A DNA stretch of 64,000 nt from Bradymonadia bacterium (lineage in GTDB: Bacteria; Myxococcota_A; Bradymonadia; UBA7976; UBA1532). Positions 29,146-39,473 of the stretch are shown one piece after another. The stretch is from the NCBI GenBank assembly GCA_046290225.1, contig JBKAGE010000040.1, forward strand, positions 32,001 through 96,000, written 5' to 3'. Below the pieces are notes generated by a model. The model searched no databases. It was not told where the DNA came from and worked only from the letters and a program-made list of their open reading frames with translations. Made by a program: the position numbers and the translations under genes. Position 1 is the stretch's first letter; each line of letters opens with the position of its first letter.

Positions 29146-29949
29146 TCAGCCCAATTTGCCGTCGACGTGTACATCCATCTGGGGGTACGGGATCCCGATG
29201 CCTGCCTCGTCCAGGGCGGTCTTGATCGACTCGTTCAAGCGCTCGGTCATGGGGAAAAACTCGCCAGAAGGCACCCAGACACGCACCGTCCAGTTCACCG
29301 CCGAGTCGCCGAGGCTGGCGAGCACCACCGCCGGGGCAGGCTCGGAGAGGATGTCACCTCCGAGGCCGTCAACCACCGACTGCAGCACCTCTCGGGTACG
29401 GCCCGTGGGGGCGTCATAATCGACGCCGACGTCCACCGCCACGCGGCGGGTGTCGTGGTAGCTCACGTTCTCGATGTTGCCGCCAAAGATGTTCTTGTTC
29501 GGCACGATGAAGCGGCGGTTGTCGGGGGTGTCGATCTCCGTGACCATCAACCCCAGAGTCGTCACCTTCCCGGTGACCCCACCGGCGGTGACCACGTCAC
29601 CCACCTTGAAGGGGCGGAACACCAGCAGCATGACCCCGGAGGCCAGGTTCGACAGGGTGCCCTGGAAGGCCAGGCCGACGGCCAGACCAGCAGCACCGAT
29701 GACCGCAGCGAAGCTGGTGGTCTCGATCCCGAACAGGCCCAGGATCGCCAGAATGACCATGGTGAGCACACCGAGGCGTGTCAGGCTGCCGGTGAACCGG
29801 GCCAGGGTCTCATCGTTGGTGCCTTTGCGAATGGCCTGTGCAGCCACAGCGCCGAGTTTCTTGCTGATCGATGAGCCGATCATGAAAACCAGGATGGCCC
29901 CGATGACCATACCGCCGTACTTCACGATCATGTCGATGTACTGATCCAC
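29146..29949 (-). CDS. mscS: Small-conductance mechanosensitive channel MscS
   Basis: GAAGLAVGLAFQGTLSNLASG, RPFKVGD, IVPN, GIGIPYPQMDVH. Confidence 0.93.
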   Translation of the reverse strand: MDQYIDMIVKYGGMVIGAILVFMIGSSISKKLGAVAAQAIRKGTNDETLARFTGSLTRLGVLTMVILAILGLFGIETTSFAAVIGAAGLAVGLAFQGTLSNLASGVMLLVFRPFKVGDVVTAGGVTGKVTTLGLMVTEIDTPDNRRFIVPNKNIFGGNIENVSYHDTRRVAVDVGVDYDAPTGRTREVLQSVVDGLGGDILSEPAPAVVLASLGDSAVNWTVRVWVPSGEFFPMTERLNESIKTALDEAGIGIPYPQMDVHVDGKLG

Positions 29950-30090
29950 GTTTGATCTCCTACCTCAGTGTTCGACTGCCCAGTGTGACAGCCGCGGCCA
30001 TACTATTTGCCCCTAACACCATTATCAACACAATTACCTACAAAAACCTACACAACCTCTGTATGTTGCTTTCGTCGGTTGCCCTTCACT

Positions 30091-30116
30091 GACCAGCGCC
30101 CATGGCAAAAGTCACA
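30091..30116 (-). promoter_or_regulatory. Putative ECF-type promoter TGTGACTTT-N13-GGTC upstream of mscS (29949)
   Basis: Same bipartite motif and identical spacing as the copy at 32029-32054. Confidence 0.55.
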
Positions 30117-30239
30117 CGGCGCTTCGAAAAACATCGAGTGAAGGGCGCGGTTGAACAGCACTCGTCGCCGGGTTATGCCGGGGGTGAGCAGCGGAGTGTG
30201 GATGCATAGACTCGACCGGGCAGGGGTCAGGGCATTGTC

Positions 30240-30842
30240 ATGAAGCCCATGAATACCCTCTCAGATGCAGAGCTCCTCGCCCTCTTGCAGGGTGACGGGC
30301 CGGCTCCACCCGGGGCCTTCGAGTTGTTGGTCAGCCGTCACCAGAACCACGTGCGGACCAACTGCAGACACCTCACCAGGGCCCCCCAAGATGCGGACGA
30401 CCTCGCTCAGGAGGTCTTCGTCAAGGCGTGGTTCGCCCTCGGGCGGTTCGAAGGGCGCTCGTCGTTCAAGACCTGGATCAAGCGCATCAAGGTGAACCAC
30501 TGCCTGAACTACATCGAGAAGCGGGGTGGGCGCCGTTTCGTCGACATCGACGACACCGCAAAGGCCGAGCCGCCGGAGATGCAGGTGGCCCCCGACGGTG
30601 AGCAGTCAGTGCACCGTGCGGAGATCAGACAGGCCATCAGCGACATCCTCGACGAGCTGCCCGACACCCTGCGGCTGCCTCTGGTCATGCGCGAGATCGA
30701 CCAGATGTCGTACCAGGAGATCGCCGACACCCTCGGAGTGAAGCTGTCGGCGGTGAAGATGCGCATCAAGCGGGGCCGCGAAATGTTCCGGGGGCTCTAC
30801 GACGCACGGATCAACGCCGGGAGGGTGCATGAGCACGCTTGA
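30240..30842 (+). CDS. ECF-family RNA polymerase sigma factor
   Basis: DADDLAQEVFVKAW, FEGRSSFKTW (region 2); SYQEIADTLGVKLSAVKMRIKRGR (region 4). Confidence 0.93.
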   Translation: MKPMNTLSDAELLALLQGDGPAPPGAFELLVSRHQNHVRTNCRHLTRAPQDADDLAQEVFVKAWFALGRFEGRSSFKTWIKRIKVNHCLNYIEKRGGRRFVDIDDTAKAEPPEMQVAPDGEQSVHRAEIRQAISDILDELPDTLRLPLVMREIDQMSYQEIADTLGVKLSAVKMRIKRGREMFRGLYDARINAGRVHEHA

Positions 30843-31122
30843 CGACGAAGATCCGGAGCTGGGCGCGCCTCTCGATCTCCTGCGCGAATTCGGTGTCGAA
30901 GAAGACGACGCGTTTCATGGCCGGGTGCACCGGCGCATCGAACGACGACAAGTGACCTCAGACCTGGCCGATTTGCTCTGGTCAGGACCCCAGACGCTCC
31001 TCGGCGAGCTCTTCAGGGCGCTGTTTTCTGGCCCTGACTCGAAGACAGGAGCGTCAGATACAGCAACGCCAGATACAGCGACATCAGACTCAGATGATCC
31101 TCCAGAGAGGAGTGAGCAGTGA
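30829..31122 (+). CDS. Small hypothetical protein, candidate anti-sigma or ECF-associated factor
   Basis: 97 aa; overlaps the ECF stop and the next start. The call rests on position only. Confidence 0.6.
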   Translation: MSTLDDEDPELGAPLDLLREFGVEEDDAFHGRVHRRIERRQVTSDLADLLWSGPQTLLGELFRALFSGPDSKTGASDTATPDTATSDSDDPPERSEQ

Positions 31123-31979
31123 AGGACGACGTAGGCTCATTGACTGATCGGCTTCAGGCCACGGTGATGGGTTGGGTAGAGTCAGTGGTGGCCGCTGCCC
31201 CCAAGGTGCTCCTCGGCATCTTGCTGGTGGTGGTGGCCCTGATGGTGTCGAAGCTGGCCCGCAAGTTCCTCGGTGGGCTGCTCAAACGCATCAAAATCGA
31301 CGAGGCCCTGGTGAAAGCCGGCCTCGACGCACCGCTCAAGCGCCTTGGGCTGGCCCAGCCCAGCGAGTGGATGCCCAGAGTGGCCCATGCGCTGTTGCTG
31401 TTCCTCTTTGCGGGGGCGGCTGCAGACGCCCTGGGCCTCGACGCCGTGGCGGCAGCCATGGGCCGCGTGCTCGATTACCTGCCCAACGTGCTCGCCGCCC
31501 TGGTGCTCGTGGTGGCGGGCTCCTGGGCCGGGCAGACTGCCAGCGCAGTGATCCGCCGGGCCACCGAGGCCTCGTCCATCGACTTCGGCCCCGCCCTGGC
31601 CCGCTTCGTCTCGGGCATGGTGGTCTTCGTCTTCGCCCTCACCGCCGTGGGGCAGCTGAAGATCGACACGGAGATCGTGCGCATCTTCACCGCCTGTGCC
31701 CTCGGCGCCATGGGCATCGCCTTCGGGTTGTCCATGGGCCTGGGCTCGAAGGACATCACCCGGAACATCCTCGCAGGCTTCTATGCCCGCAAGCTCTTCA
31801 AGGGGGGCGAGACGCTCACCCTCGGGCAACACACGGGCCAGCTCGACCGCATCGAAGCCACCCAGACACTCCTCCGCACCGACGATGGGCTGCTCACGCT
31901 GCCCAACACGGTATTTCTCGACCTGACAGTGAAGGCAGGCGCAACCGGCAAGAATGCCACTGGTCAAGACACACTTTGA
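31119..31979 (+). CDS. MscS-family/CmpX-like membrane protein
   Basis: Repeated TM motifs (YLPNVLAAL), AFGLSMGLGSKDITRNILAG, TLPN; lacks the full cytoplasmic cage. Confidence 0.8.
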   Translation: MKDDVGSLTDRLQATVMGWVESVVAAAPKVLLGILLVVVALMVSKLARKFLGGLLKRIKIDEALVKAGLDAPLKRLGLAQPSEWMPRVAHALLLFLFAGAAADALGLDAVAAAMGRVLDYLPNVLAALVLVVAGSWAGQTASAVIRRATEASSIDFGPALARFVSGMVVFVFALTAVGQLKIDTEIVRIFTACALGAMGIAFGLSMGLGSKDITRNILAGFYARKLFKGGETLTLGQHTGQLDRIEATQTLLRTDDGLLTLPNTVFLDLTVKAGATGKNATGQDTL

Positions 31980-32028
31980 GTCCATTCGAAACGCGTGGAA
32001 GCTCAAATGCTTCTATGTCGAAGTTTTT

Positions 32029-32054
32029 TGTGACTTTCGTATGAGAAGGCGGTC
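32029..32054 (+). promoter_or_regulatory. Putative ECF-type promoter TGTGACTTT-N13-GGTC upstream of the OmpA-mscS pair
   Basis: Matches the motif at 30091-30116 in sequence and spacing. Confidence 0.55.
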
Positions 32055-32128
32055 CAGACACCCGTGAAGCGAGTGAGATGTCGCTGTGAATCTTCACGTG
32101 CTCCAAGGACCCAACAAGAGGGGAAACC

Positions 32129-33511
32129 ATGAAACTCAACACCCTGCTGTGCGCCGGGACCACTTTGATGTGCGCCGGGATGTGCACCACCGCCAGCGCC
32201 GAGCCCCACAAAGATCGCTCGCCGTCGGTCTACCTGGGTGCCTCTGCCGGTGGCAACCTGGTGCTCAGCGACTGGGCCACCCAGGAGGTCGATGAAGACA
32301 CTGGGCTCTTCGTCACCTCGGACAGCGGCTTCATCGCCCGAGGCCGACTGGGCTTCCGGCTGGCCGATCCAGTCTCCCTCGAGCTCAGTGGGGCCTACCT
32401 GCCCACGAGCGCCGACGGCGACAGCCACAACGTCTTCGCGTACACCGCAGATCTCCTGATTCATCTCGGTGACGGCGACTTCCGGCCCTTCATCGTGGTC
32501 GGTGGTGGTGCCCTGCACAACACCGGCGATGGCGACGACATCGATCCTGAGGGCCACTACGGCCTCGGCGCCCGCTGGCGCATGTCCGACAGCTTCCTGC
32601 TCCGCGGCGAGGTGCGCCACGTGCTCACCGACGGCCTCACCCCCGACGGCCCGGAGCTGGCCAACCTGCTCGAGCTCACTCTGGGTTTCGACTTCGAGAT
32701 CTGGGGCGCCGATGTACAAGAGCCACCCGCGCCACCGAGCGACAAAGACGGCGATGGCATCGTCGACGCCGAGGACAGCTGCCCCGACGTCAAGGGTGAC
32801 GCCAAGTTCAAGGGCTGCCCCGACAGCGATGGCGACGGTATCACTGACGCTGAAGACGCCTGCCCCCAGACCAGCGGTCTCGCCGAGATGAAGGGCTGCC
32901 CCGACAAGGATGGCGACGGCATCACCGATGCAGACGACGCCTGCCCCGAGGTGAAGGGCGACGCCAAGTTCAAGGGCTGTGCCGACACCGACGGTGATGA
33001 CATCCCCGATCCGGACGACCGCTGTCCTGAGGCCAAGGGCGAGACCAAGTTCAAGGGCTGCCCTGATGGCGACGGCGACGGTGTGGCCGACGTGGACGAT
33101 CTCTGTCCCAAGCGCCCCGGTGAGGTGGTGCGCAAGGGCTGCCCCGCCCCCCCGAAGAAGGTGCAGGAGAAGTTCTCCGGTTCGATCAAGGGCATCCTGT
33201 TCAAGACCGGCAGCGCCGACCTTTCGGACAAGTCGAACAAGACCCTTGACGAAGCTGCCGAGGTGTTGAAGACCTATCCCAACCTCAAGCTGAGGATCGA
33301 AGGTCACACTGACAGCAAGGGCAACGACGAGAAGAACCTGAAGTTGTCGCAGGATCGCGCCAACTCGGTTCGCGGTGCCCTCATGAGCCGTGGTGTACCT
33401 GCCGCTCGCCTGCAGGCCGTGGGTCTCGGCGAGACTCAGCCCAAGGCGAGCAACAAGACCAGGAAGGGGCGGGCTCAGAACCGCCGCATCGAGTTCAAGA
33501 TTCAGCAGTAG
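32129..33511 (+). CDS. OmpA-family outer-membrane protein with thrombospondin type-3 repeats
   Basis: Signal peptide; beta-barrel; DxDGDG..D..D.CP repeats; IEGHTD, LSQDRA, NRRIEF. Confidence 0.92.
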   Translation: MKLNTLLCAGTTLMCAGMCTTASAEPHKDRSPSVYLGASAGGNLVLSDWATQEVDEDTGLFVTSDSGFIARGRLGFRLADPVSLELSGAYLPTSADGDSHNVFAYTADLLIHLGDGDFRPFIVVGGGALHNTGDGDDIDPEGHYGLGARWRMSDSFLLRGEVRHVLTDGLTPDGPELANLLELTLGFDFEIWGADVQEPPAPPSDKDGDGIVDAEDSCPDVKGDAKFKGCPDSDGDGITDAEDACPQTSGLAEMKGCPDKDGDGITDADDACPEVKGDAKFKGCADTDGDDIPDPDDRCPEAKGETKFKGCPDGDGDGVADVDDLCPKRPGEVVRKGCPAPPKKVQEKFSGSIKGILFKTGSADLSDKSNKTLDEAAEVLKTYPNLKLRIEGHTDSKGNDEKNLKLSQDRANSVRGALMSRGVPAARLQAVGLGETQPKASNKTRKGRAQNRRIEFKIQQ

Positions 33512-33570
33512 AGCGAAGGCTCTCGCACACACTGCCTCATCGGGCACATACGCAAAGGAACACCTGAACA

Positions 33571-34383
33571 ATGGATCGCTGGCTTACCATGTTGGGAGAT
33601 CTCGCCACCACGTACGGTGTGCGGATCATCGGGGTGCTCTTCGTTCTGTGGTTGACCATGAAGTTGGCCAACTGGATGCAGTCGAAGATCACCAGCACCC
33701 TGCAAGCCCGAAAGTTCGACACCACACTGTCGATCTTCTTCGGCAAGCTGGCCCGCTGGGGCCTCGTCACGGCGGCAGTGCTCGCCTGTCTCGGCGTCTT
33801 CGGCATTGAGACCACCAGCTTCGCCGCCATCATCGGTGCCGCCGGTCTCGCCGTAGGCCTGGCCTTTCAGGGCACCCTGTCGAACTTCGCCTCGGGCATC
33901 ATGTTGCTGGTGTTCCGCCCCTTCAAGGTGGGCGACTACATCAAGGTGGGCGGCGTCGAAGGCACCGTGAAGGAGATCGGCCTCTTCACCTGCGCCCTCG
34001 ACACGCTGCAGAACCACCGCTTGATCCTGCCCAACAGCGCTGTGGCGGGTCAGCAGCTCGACAACGTGACCCATCACCCCTACCGCCGCGTGGACATCGA
34101 CGTCGGCGTGGACTACACCGCTGACATCGACAAGACCCGCGAGGTGCTCGAGAAGGCCATGATGGGTCTGGAGTGCCGTAACCCCGAGTGGGGTCATCAG
34201 GTGTTCCTGGTGGGTCTCGGCGCCAGCTCCGTGGACTGGCAGCTGCGCGTGTACTCCTCTCCCGAGGACTACTGGACGGTGTACGAGGCCATCATCCGGG
34301 CCACCAAGTACGCCCTGGACGAGGCGGGCATCGGGATCCCCTACCCCCAGATGGACGTGCACGTCGACGGCAAGCTCGGCTGA
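33571..34383 (+). CDS. mscS: Small-conductance mechanosensitive channel MscS (paralog)
   Basis: GAAGLAVGLAFQGTLSNFASG, RPFKVGD. C-terminus ALDEAGIGIPYPQMDVHVDGKLG is identical to the 29146 paralog. Confidence 0.93.
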   Translation: MDRWLTMLGDLATTYGVRIIGVLFVLWLTMKLANWMQSKITSTLQARKFDTTLSIFFGKLARWGLVTAAVLACLGVFGIETTSFAAIIGAAGLAVGLAFQGTLSNFASGIMLLVFRPFKVGDYIKVGGVEGTVKEIGLFTCALDTLQNHRLILPNSAVAGQQLDNVTHHPYRRVDIDVGVDYTADIDKTREVLEKAMMGLECRNPEWGHQVFLVGLGASSVDWQLRVYSSPEDYWTVYEAIIRATKYALDEAGIGIPYPQMDVHVDGKLG

Positions 34384-34385
34384 GC

Positions 34386-34816
34386 GAGAGCGGACGACCG
34401 CGCTGCGCGCCGTATGTAGCGGACGACCGTGCCTTCGGCACCGTCTGTAGCGGACGGTCATCGCCTTTGGCGACAGCCTGTAGCGGACGCCTCGCCTTCG
34501 GCGAGAGCTGTAGCGGACGCTCATTTGCCTCCGGCAAATTCCCTGTAGCTTTTTTGAAGATCAGTTTGGGGGCGTGGGCTCGTCTACCGCGAACGTTGTG
34601 GCCCAATGACGCACCAGCTCTGGCGTAAGCCCCAATCTGAGTTGAGAAGCCCACCAGCAACACCATAACTCTCTAAAAAAGCTACAGCACAGGCTGCCGG
34701 AGGCAGACTCGGCGTCCGCTACAGCTCTGCAAGGCGAAGCCGAAGCAGGCGTCCGCTACAGGCGGTGCGCAGCGCGGCCGTCCGCTACAGACGGTGCCGA
34801 AGGCACGGTCGTCCGC
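34386..34816. repeat. REP/BIME-like composite: two inverted arrays of TGTAGCGGACG + variable hairpin units around a ~120-bp core
   Basis: TGTAGCGGACG at 34415, 34446, 34479, 34509; CGTCCGCTACA at 34713, 34750, 34779; inner ends TGTAGCTTTTTT and AAAAAAGCTACA. 34419-34457 is a perfect 39-bp reverse complement of 34778-34816. Confidence 0.88.
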
Positions 34817-34823
34817 CCAAACG

Positions 34824-36767
34824 CTACAACTCCAGCTGGAACATCACATCGAACAGGTTGAACTGCTCGTCCTGCAGCCGGCAAGTCATGTTCGCCGTGG
34901 CCCCACGGGGTGCCATCTCGTCGATCTGCACGACGAAGTTGCTGGTCTGACACGAGAGTTCAGAGGGCTCACACACACCAAAACGAAGAGTGGGATCAGT
35001 CTCGGGTACGAAGAGCCACTGCACATCGCTGAAGGGTGAGCACTCGGTTCGGGTGAGGGTGGTGGTGCCCAGGTTGCCCAGGGTGACCTCCACCGTCGCA
35101 GTGTCGCCAGGATCCAGGAACCCGTCGTTCCCCGAATCCATGGTGATGCGCACGTCGGTGATGCTCGGTTGAGCGGTGGTGGCCTCCAGAGGCACTTCGA
35201 TGCGGATCGGGTGAGTGTTGCCCTGCTCATCGACGAGATCAGCGGTGAAGCGGGTCGATGCTGGAGGCGCCATCCCCTCGATGCGGGGGAGCACCTCGAC
35301 GTCGAAGCTCGACTTTCCACACGCCGCTCCCGCTCTACAGAGCGAATAGTTCAAACGGTCATCAGATTCACGGACGAGTGCGTACGGCTCATCGGCAGGC
35401 GACACGACACCACTGGCGCGGGTGAGCGTAGACAGCCCCGTGTTGCGCAGGACCACCTCCAGGGTGGCCTGCTCACCAAAGTTGAGCACCCCGTCATTGT
35501 TGTTGTCTCCGCTGACGATCACAGCGTCGACCCGAGGCACGATGGAGGTGGGGTGGACCGGCAACTCGAACGACAAGGGGAAGCTGCGCTCGTCCTCGTC
35601 GATCAAGGTGCAGGTCATCTCCACGCCAGGCAATGCAGGCACACCTTCACCCACAGTGACGGCCACACGGGAGACGCCGCAGCTCTGGCCAGCCCTGCAG
35701 AGTGAATAGTTCAGCGTATTGTCAGAAGGCTCCACGACGATGGCGTTGTTGCTGCTGGCCACGAGGCATTGACTGCGGGCCAGGTCACGGGCGCTGTTGT
35801 TGTAGATCGTCACTGCGATCTGCGCCTGCTCTCCAGCGCTCAACCAACCATCATTGTTGTCGTCGCCTTCGATTTGCACATCGACGATGGAAAGGCCTGA
35901 AGGCAACGTGGGGGAAGCAGGACCCAGAGGTCCCAAAGTGGCTTTGATCAATGCCCCCGCGTCCTCTTCCGGCGCGCCGACCACCAACATGACCGTCTCG
36001 CGATCGGGGGCCAGCGTGATGCCGGTGATGCGCTCCACGTCTACCGAGAGCTCGCTTCTGCCCAGAATGTCGGCGGTCCGCTGACCTGTGGCGTCGAGGA
36101 CCTGCAACGACAACCTGCGATCGGCACCACCAGGGCGTCGGGGGCCCTGCACCACGAGATACATCTCCTCGTTGGAGAGATAGACAAAGGGCCCGTCATC
36201 GACAGCGGGGTTGATGACCACTGAAGGGATCAACTGCTCACCGTTTCTGATCTTGAGGCCCTGGGCTTCCCAGGTCACCGCCCCCTGACCCCGTCGGGTG
36301 ATCGCCGTGAGCCCAGGCACCTCTTCGAGCTGCTCGACCTGTCGTGTCTCGGGATCGTAGCTGGTGAGTGTCTCTGAGGTGGCCAGGATGACTTTGCCCT
36401 CTACCGAGGCAAGGCTGACGACGCCGCGGCCGAGGCCCTCCACGGTCTCAAGGATCTCCCCAGTGTCGGCGCTGACTTTGTAGAGGTTGTCGTCAAGAGC
36501 ACTCGCCACCCAGAGCCCCGTGCCGTCATGGGCCAGCCCTCGGGGGTGCGCCACGCGAATCGCCTGCCGGCTCACGGTGAGAAGCTCGGGCACGATCTGC
36601 TCTTCGATGCCTCCATTGCCGCCACCAAACCCACCAGAGCCGTCAACACTGCCATCGCGAGGCAGCTCAGCGAGATACTCGTCAGCGGTCTGGGGGCAAC
36701 CCCACAGCGTGGCGCCAAGCGCTGTAACTGTCACCCACTCAGTGACCCGTCGACATGTCTTCACCAC
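34824..36767 (-). CDS. Lipoprotein with beta-propeller-like region and three repeated Ig-like domains
   Basis: LWGC lipobox; three GD(D/N)NNDG.L..GE.A...V...N repeats with paired Cys. Confidence 0.72.
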   Translation of the reverse strand: MVKTCRRVTEWVTVTALGATLWGCPQTADEYLAELPRDGSVDGSGGFGGGNGGIEEQIVPELLTVSRQAIRVAHPRGLAHDGTGLWVASALDDNLYKVSADTGEILETVEGLGRGVVSLASVEGKVILATSETLTSYDPETRQVEQLEEVPGLTAITRRGQGAVTWEAQGLKIRNGEQLIPSVVINPAVDDGPFVYLSNEEMYLVVQGPRRPGGADRRLSLQVLDATGQRTADILGRSELSVDVERITGITLAPDRETVMLVVGAPEEDAGALIKATLGPLGPASPTLPSGLSIVDVQIEGDDNNDGWLSAGEQAQIAVTIYNNSARDLARSQCLVASSNNAIVVEPSDNTLNYSLCRAGQSCGVSRVAVTVGEGVPALPGVEMTCTLIDEDERSFPLSFELPVHPTSIVPRVDAVIVSGDNNNDGVLNFGEQATLEVVLRNTGLSTLTRASGVVSPADEPYALVRESDDRLNYSLCRAGAACGKSSFDVEVLPRIEGMAPPASTRFTADLVDEQGNTHPIRIEVPLEATTAQPSITDVRITMDSGNDGFLDPGDTATVEVTLGNLGTTTLTRTECSPFSDVQWLFVPETDPTLRFGVCEPSELSCQTSNFVVQIDEMAPRGATANMTCRLQDEQFNLFDVMFQLEL

Positions 36768-37699
36768 CGACCCTCCCAGCCCACGACACCAGGGCCCACG
36801 ATGGGGCCACCTGTACGGGCGACGCCCTCGTCGTCGTCATCGAAGAGCAACCACAACGCCCCAGCGGCGATGAGTACACCTCCGGCGATGTAGAACCCTC
36901 GAGCGAGGGTGTAGCTGCTGTCCACCCGATCGGCGAGCTCAGTGTCGTTCGGATTGTCTTTCAACTCCTCGCCCATCGCCTTGTTCGACAAGGCGAGACT
37001 GACCCCGCCGAGGCCAGCGCCGAGCCCGATGGCGACGAGAGTCCACGCCGCGAGGTTGGGCTCAGGTGGCGAGACACGGGAGGTCGCCACAGGCACCTCG
37101 GAGGTCACCGAGCGGGGTGTTCGCTGCTTGGGCCTGCGCGATGTCTTGGGCGTACCGAACATCTCTGATCGGGCGACGGTGGATGCTTTCCCCTTGGGCT
37201 TTCGCTTTTTCTCCAGGGTTCTGAACAACTTCGACGCCGCAGCCACCACAGGGCGCTCGAGGGCCTCCAGCCGCGCTGCAGATCCAGAGGTCTGGCCGAT
37301 CAAGGCGGCGGAGCGCGTGTCGTAGATGCGCAACGAAGCCTTAAGCTTGGCGCCGAAGCGGATCACCTCTCCGGTGACGAGGTAGTCGGCACCGATGTTT
37401 CGGCCGGTCTCCACCTCGCAGTCGGTCTCGCAGCTGGCGAGATCTACCCCTGGAGGCAACATCTCGAGGATGTTCTCCCGAGTCATCACCAGGAATTTCT
37501 TCTGGTCGAGTCTGAGCGCCGCTCCCCGCACCTGATCCGTCAGGTAGATGATCTCGGTGGGTGACAAGCTGGCGCCGTTCCCGAGGTTGAGCACGGCGAT
37601 CTTCTCTACCTTGCCTTTGGACTGCGCTGAAGCGTGCCCCGACAGGCAGAGGGCCACCCCGAGCAGCAGAGATGTGAGCGCAGCGTGTTTGAGAGGCAT
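36761..37699 (-). CDS. Exported protein with CsgG/FlgO-like N-terminal domain and C-terminal membrane hairpin
   Basis: Signal peptide; IAVLNL...C...CEVETGRNIGADYLVTGEV; GAGGAG RBS. Confidence 0.65.
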   Translation of the reverse strand: MPLKHAALTSLLLGVALCLSGHASAQSKGKVEKIAVLNLGNGASLSPTEIIYLTDQVRGAALRLDQKKFLVMTRENILEMLPPGVDLASCETDCEVETGRNIGADYLVTGEVIRFGAKLKASLRIYDTRSAALIGQTSGSAARLEALERPVVAAASKLFRTLEKKRKPKGKASTVARSEMFGTPKTSRRPKQRTPRSVTSEVPVATSRVSPPEPNLAAWTLVAIGLGAGLGGVSLALSNKAMGEELKDNPNDTELADRVDSSYTLARGFYIAGGVLIAAGALWLLFDDDDEGVARTGGPIVGPGVVGWEGRW

Positions 37700-37806
37700 G
37701 AACACACCCTCCTCGCGTGAACGCGATGTACGAGATGACAAACCTGACCGTTGATCAGCCGTACCTTACATGTGGACAAATGATCGATTCGAGGGGAGGC
37801 GCGAGA

Positions 37807-39270
37807 TCAGTTGCTGCTGCGGGTGTGGATGTTGTGCTTCTTGAGCAGCTCGCGCAGGTGATATCGGGTCAGCCCGGCGGACTTGGCGCTCTGAGAGATG
37901 TTGCCGCTGTGGCGCTCGATGAGCTTGCGCAAATACACGCCCTCGAATTCGTCGAGGATGGCCTGCTTGGCGTCTTTGAACGAGACGTCGATGTCGATGT
38001 CGACGGTGATGTCGTTGCCTTCGCCACCGCTGCCCCCCTCGCTGCCGGAGAACGGTGTGGGGTGGAGCGTTGATCCCCTGATGAGCCCACCTGGCTCGCT
38101 GCCGATGAGGAAATCCTGCCGGGTGAGCACAGGGCCCTCGCCAAGGCTCGCGGCACGCTCGACGACGTTCTTGAGTTCGCGCACGTTGCCGGGCCACGGG
38201 CGAGTTTTGAGGGCCGCATAAGCTTCGGGGCTCACCTCGAGGGGGCTGCGGCCGATCTCGGCTCGCTGCGCGTTGATGCGCTCGAGGAAGCTCTTGGCGA
38301 GCAGGGGCACGTCATCTTTGCGCGAGCGCAACGGGGGCAGGTGTAGTTGCACCACGCTCATTCGAAAGTAGAGATCTTCCCGGAACTTGCCCTCGGTGAC
38401 CATCTGCCGCAGATCGCGGTTCGTCGCCGCCACCACCCGTACGTCGACGTTGACGGTGCGATCGGAGCCCACCCGCTTCACCTCGCGGTTCTCGAGCACG
38501 CGCAGCAGCTTGGGCTGCATGTCGAGGGGCAGCTCTCCGAGCTCGTCGAGGAAGATGGTGCCGCCATGGGCCTGCTCGAAGACACCCTTGTGAGACGAGA
38601 TCGCCCCGGTGAAGGCGCCCTTCTCGTGACCGAAGACTGTCGACTCGATGAGATCTTTGGGGATCGCCGAGCAGTCGAGCACCACGAAGGGCTTCTTGCT
38701 CCGGGGGCTGGCATTGTGCACAGCCCGAGCCACCACCTCTTTACCGGTGCCGGTCTCGCCCTGGATCATCACCGTCAGCTCACTCGGAGCCACCCGCTCG
38801 AGGTTGGCGAAGATCTCCCGCATGGGCACGCTGGCGCCGATGACCTTGTCGAAGCGATCCCGCTCGCTCAGGGCGATGGTCAGGATGTCCTGTGTGGGCT
38901 GGAACTTCATGACCGAGTTGCCAGCTCGGAAGATCGTACCTGGCTTCAGATAGATCTCCCTGATTTTGATGTCGCCGTAGAAGGTGCCGTTGGTGCTGCC
39001 CTCGTCACGCAACACATACCCATTGTCTACGGCGGTGATCCTGAAGTGCAGGCTGGACACGCTCTTGTCGGTGAGGGCCAGGTCGCACACGCTGGAACGC
39101 CCCACGACGACCTGCTCCTGGCTCATGACCAGCTCGGCCCCTTTGTCGGGCCCCTCGAGCACCACCAGCTTGCTCTTGCGCAGTCGCTTGGCCGTGGCCC
39201 GGTTGTTGACGAAGACGGTCTTCAAGGCGCCATCGGCGCCCAGATCGGGGGGCAGATTTGTGGGCAACAA
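37807..39270 (-). CDS. Sigma54-dependent enhancer-binding protein (FHA + AAA + Fis HTH)
   Basis: VGRS...[43 protein letters not shown]-terminal HTH. Confidence 0.93.
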   Translation of the reverse strand: MLPTNLPPDLGADGALKTVFVNNRATAKRLRKSKLVVLEGPDKGAELVMSQEQVVVGRSSVCDLALTDKSVSSLHFRITAVDNGYVLRDEGSTNGTFYGDIKIREIYLKPGTIFRAGNSVMKFQPTQDILTIALSERDRFDKVIGASVPMREIFANLERVAPSELTVMIQGETGTGKEVVARAVHNASPRSKKPFVVLDCSAIPKDLIESTVFGHEKGAFTGAISSHKGVFEQAHGGTIFLDELGELPLDMQPKLLRVLENREVKRVGSDRTVNVDVRVVAATNRDLRQMVTEGKFREDLYFRMSVVQLHLPPLRSRKDDVPLLAKSFLERINAQRAEIGRSPLEVSPEAYAALKTRPWPGNVRELKNVVERAASLGEGPVLTRQDFLIGSEPGGLIRGSTLHPTPFSGSEGGSGGEGNDITVDIDIDVSFKDAKQAILDEFEGVYLRKLIERHSGNISQSAKSAGLTRYHLRELLKKHNIHTRSSN

Positions 39271-39473
39271 GTGAGGCCTCCCAGCCAGCGTGATGTCGGT
39301 GCACGTCCCCAGGGAGTGTAGAGGGCAATGGCGCGAAAGGCCAGTGTAGGGCCAGCTCGACGAGGGGGGTCTGCCTCACGGGCCCGACGCCCGAGCTCGC
39401 CATTTGGATAAAACTGCGAGCCAAAAGACGCACAACGACAACAAACATGGCTAAAAACGCCTAAAAACCGTCT

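Noticed and set aside
34386..34816. CRISPR or TIGR-type guide array
   Set aside because: The constant part is only 11-12 nt, spacers are self-complementary and reused, the two halves are inverted, and no cas or tas-like gene is nearby.
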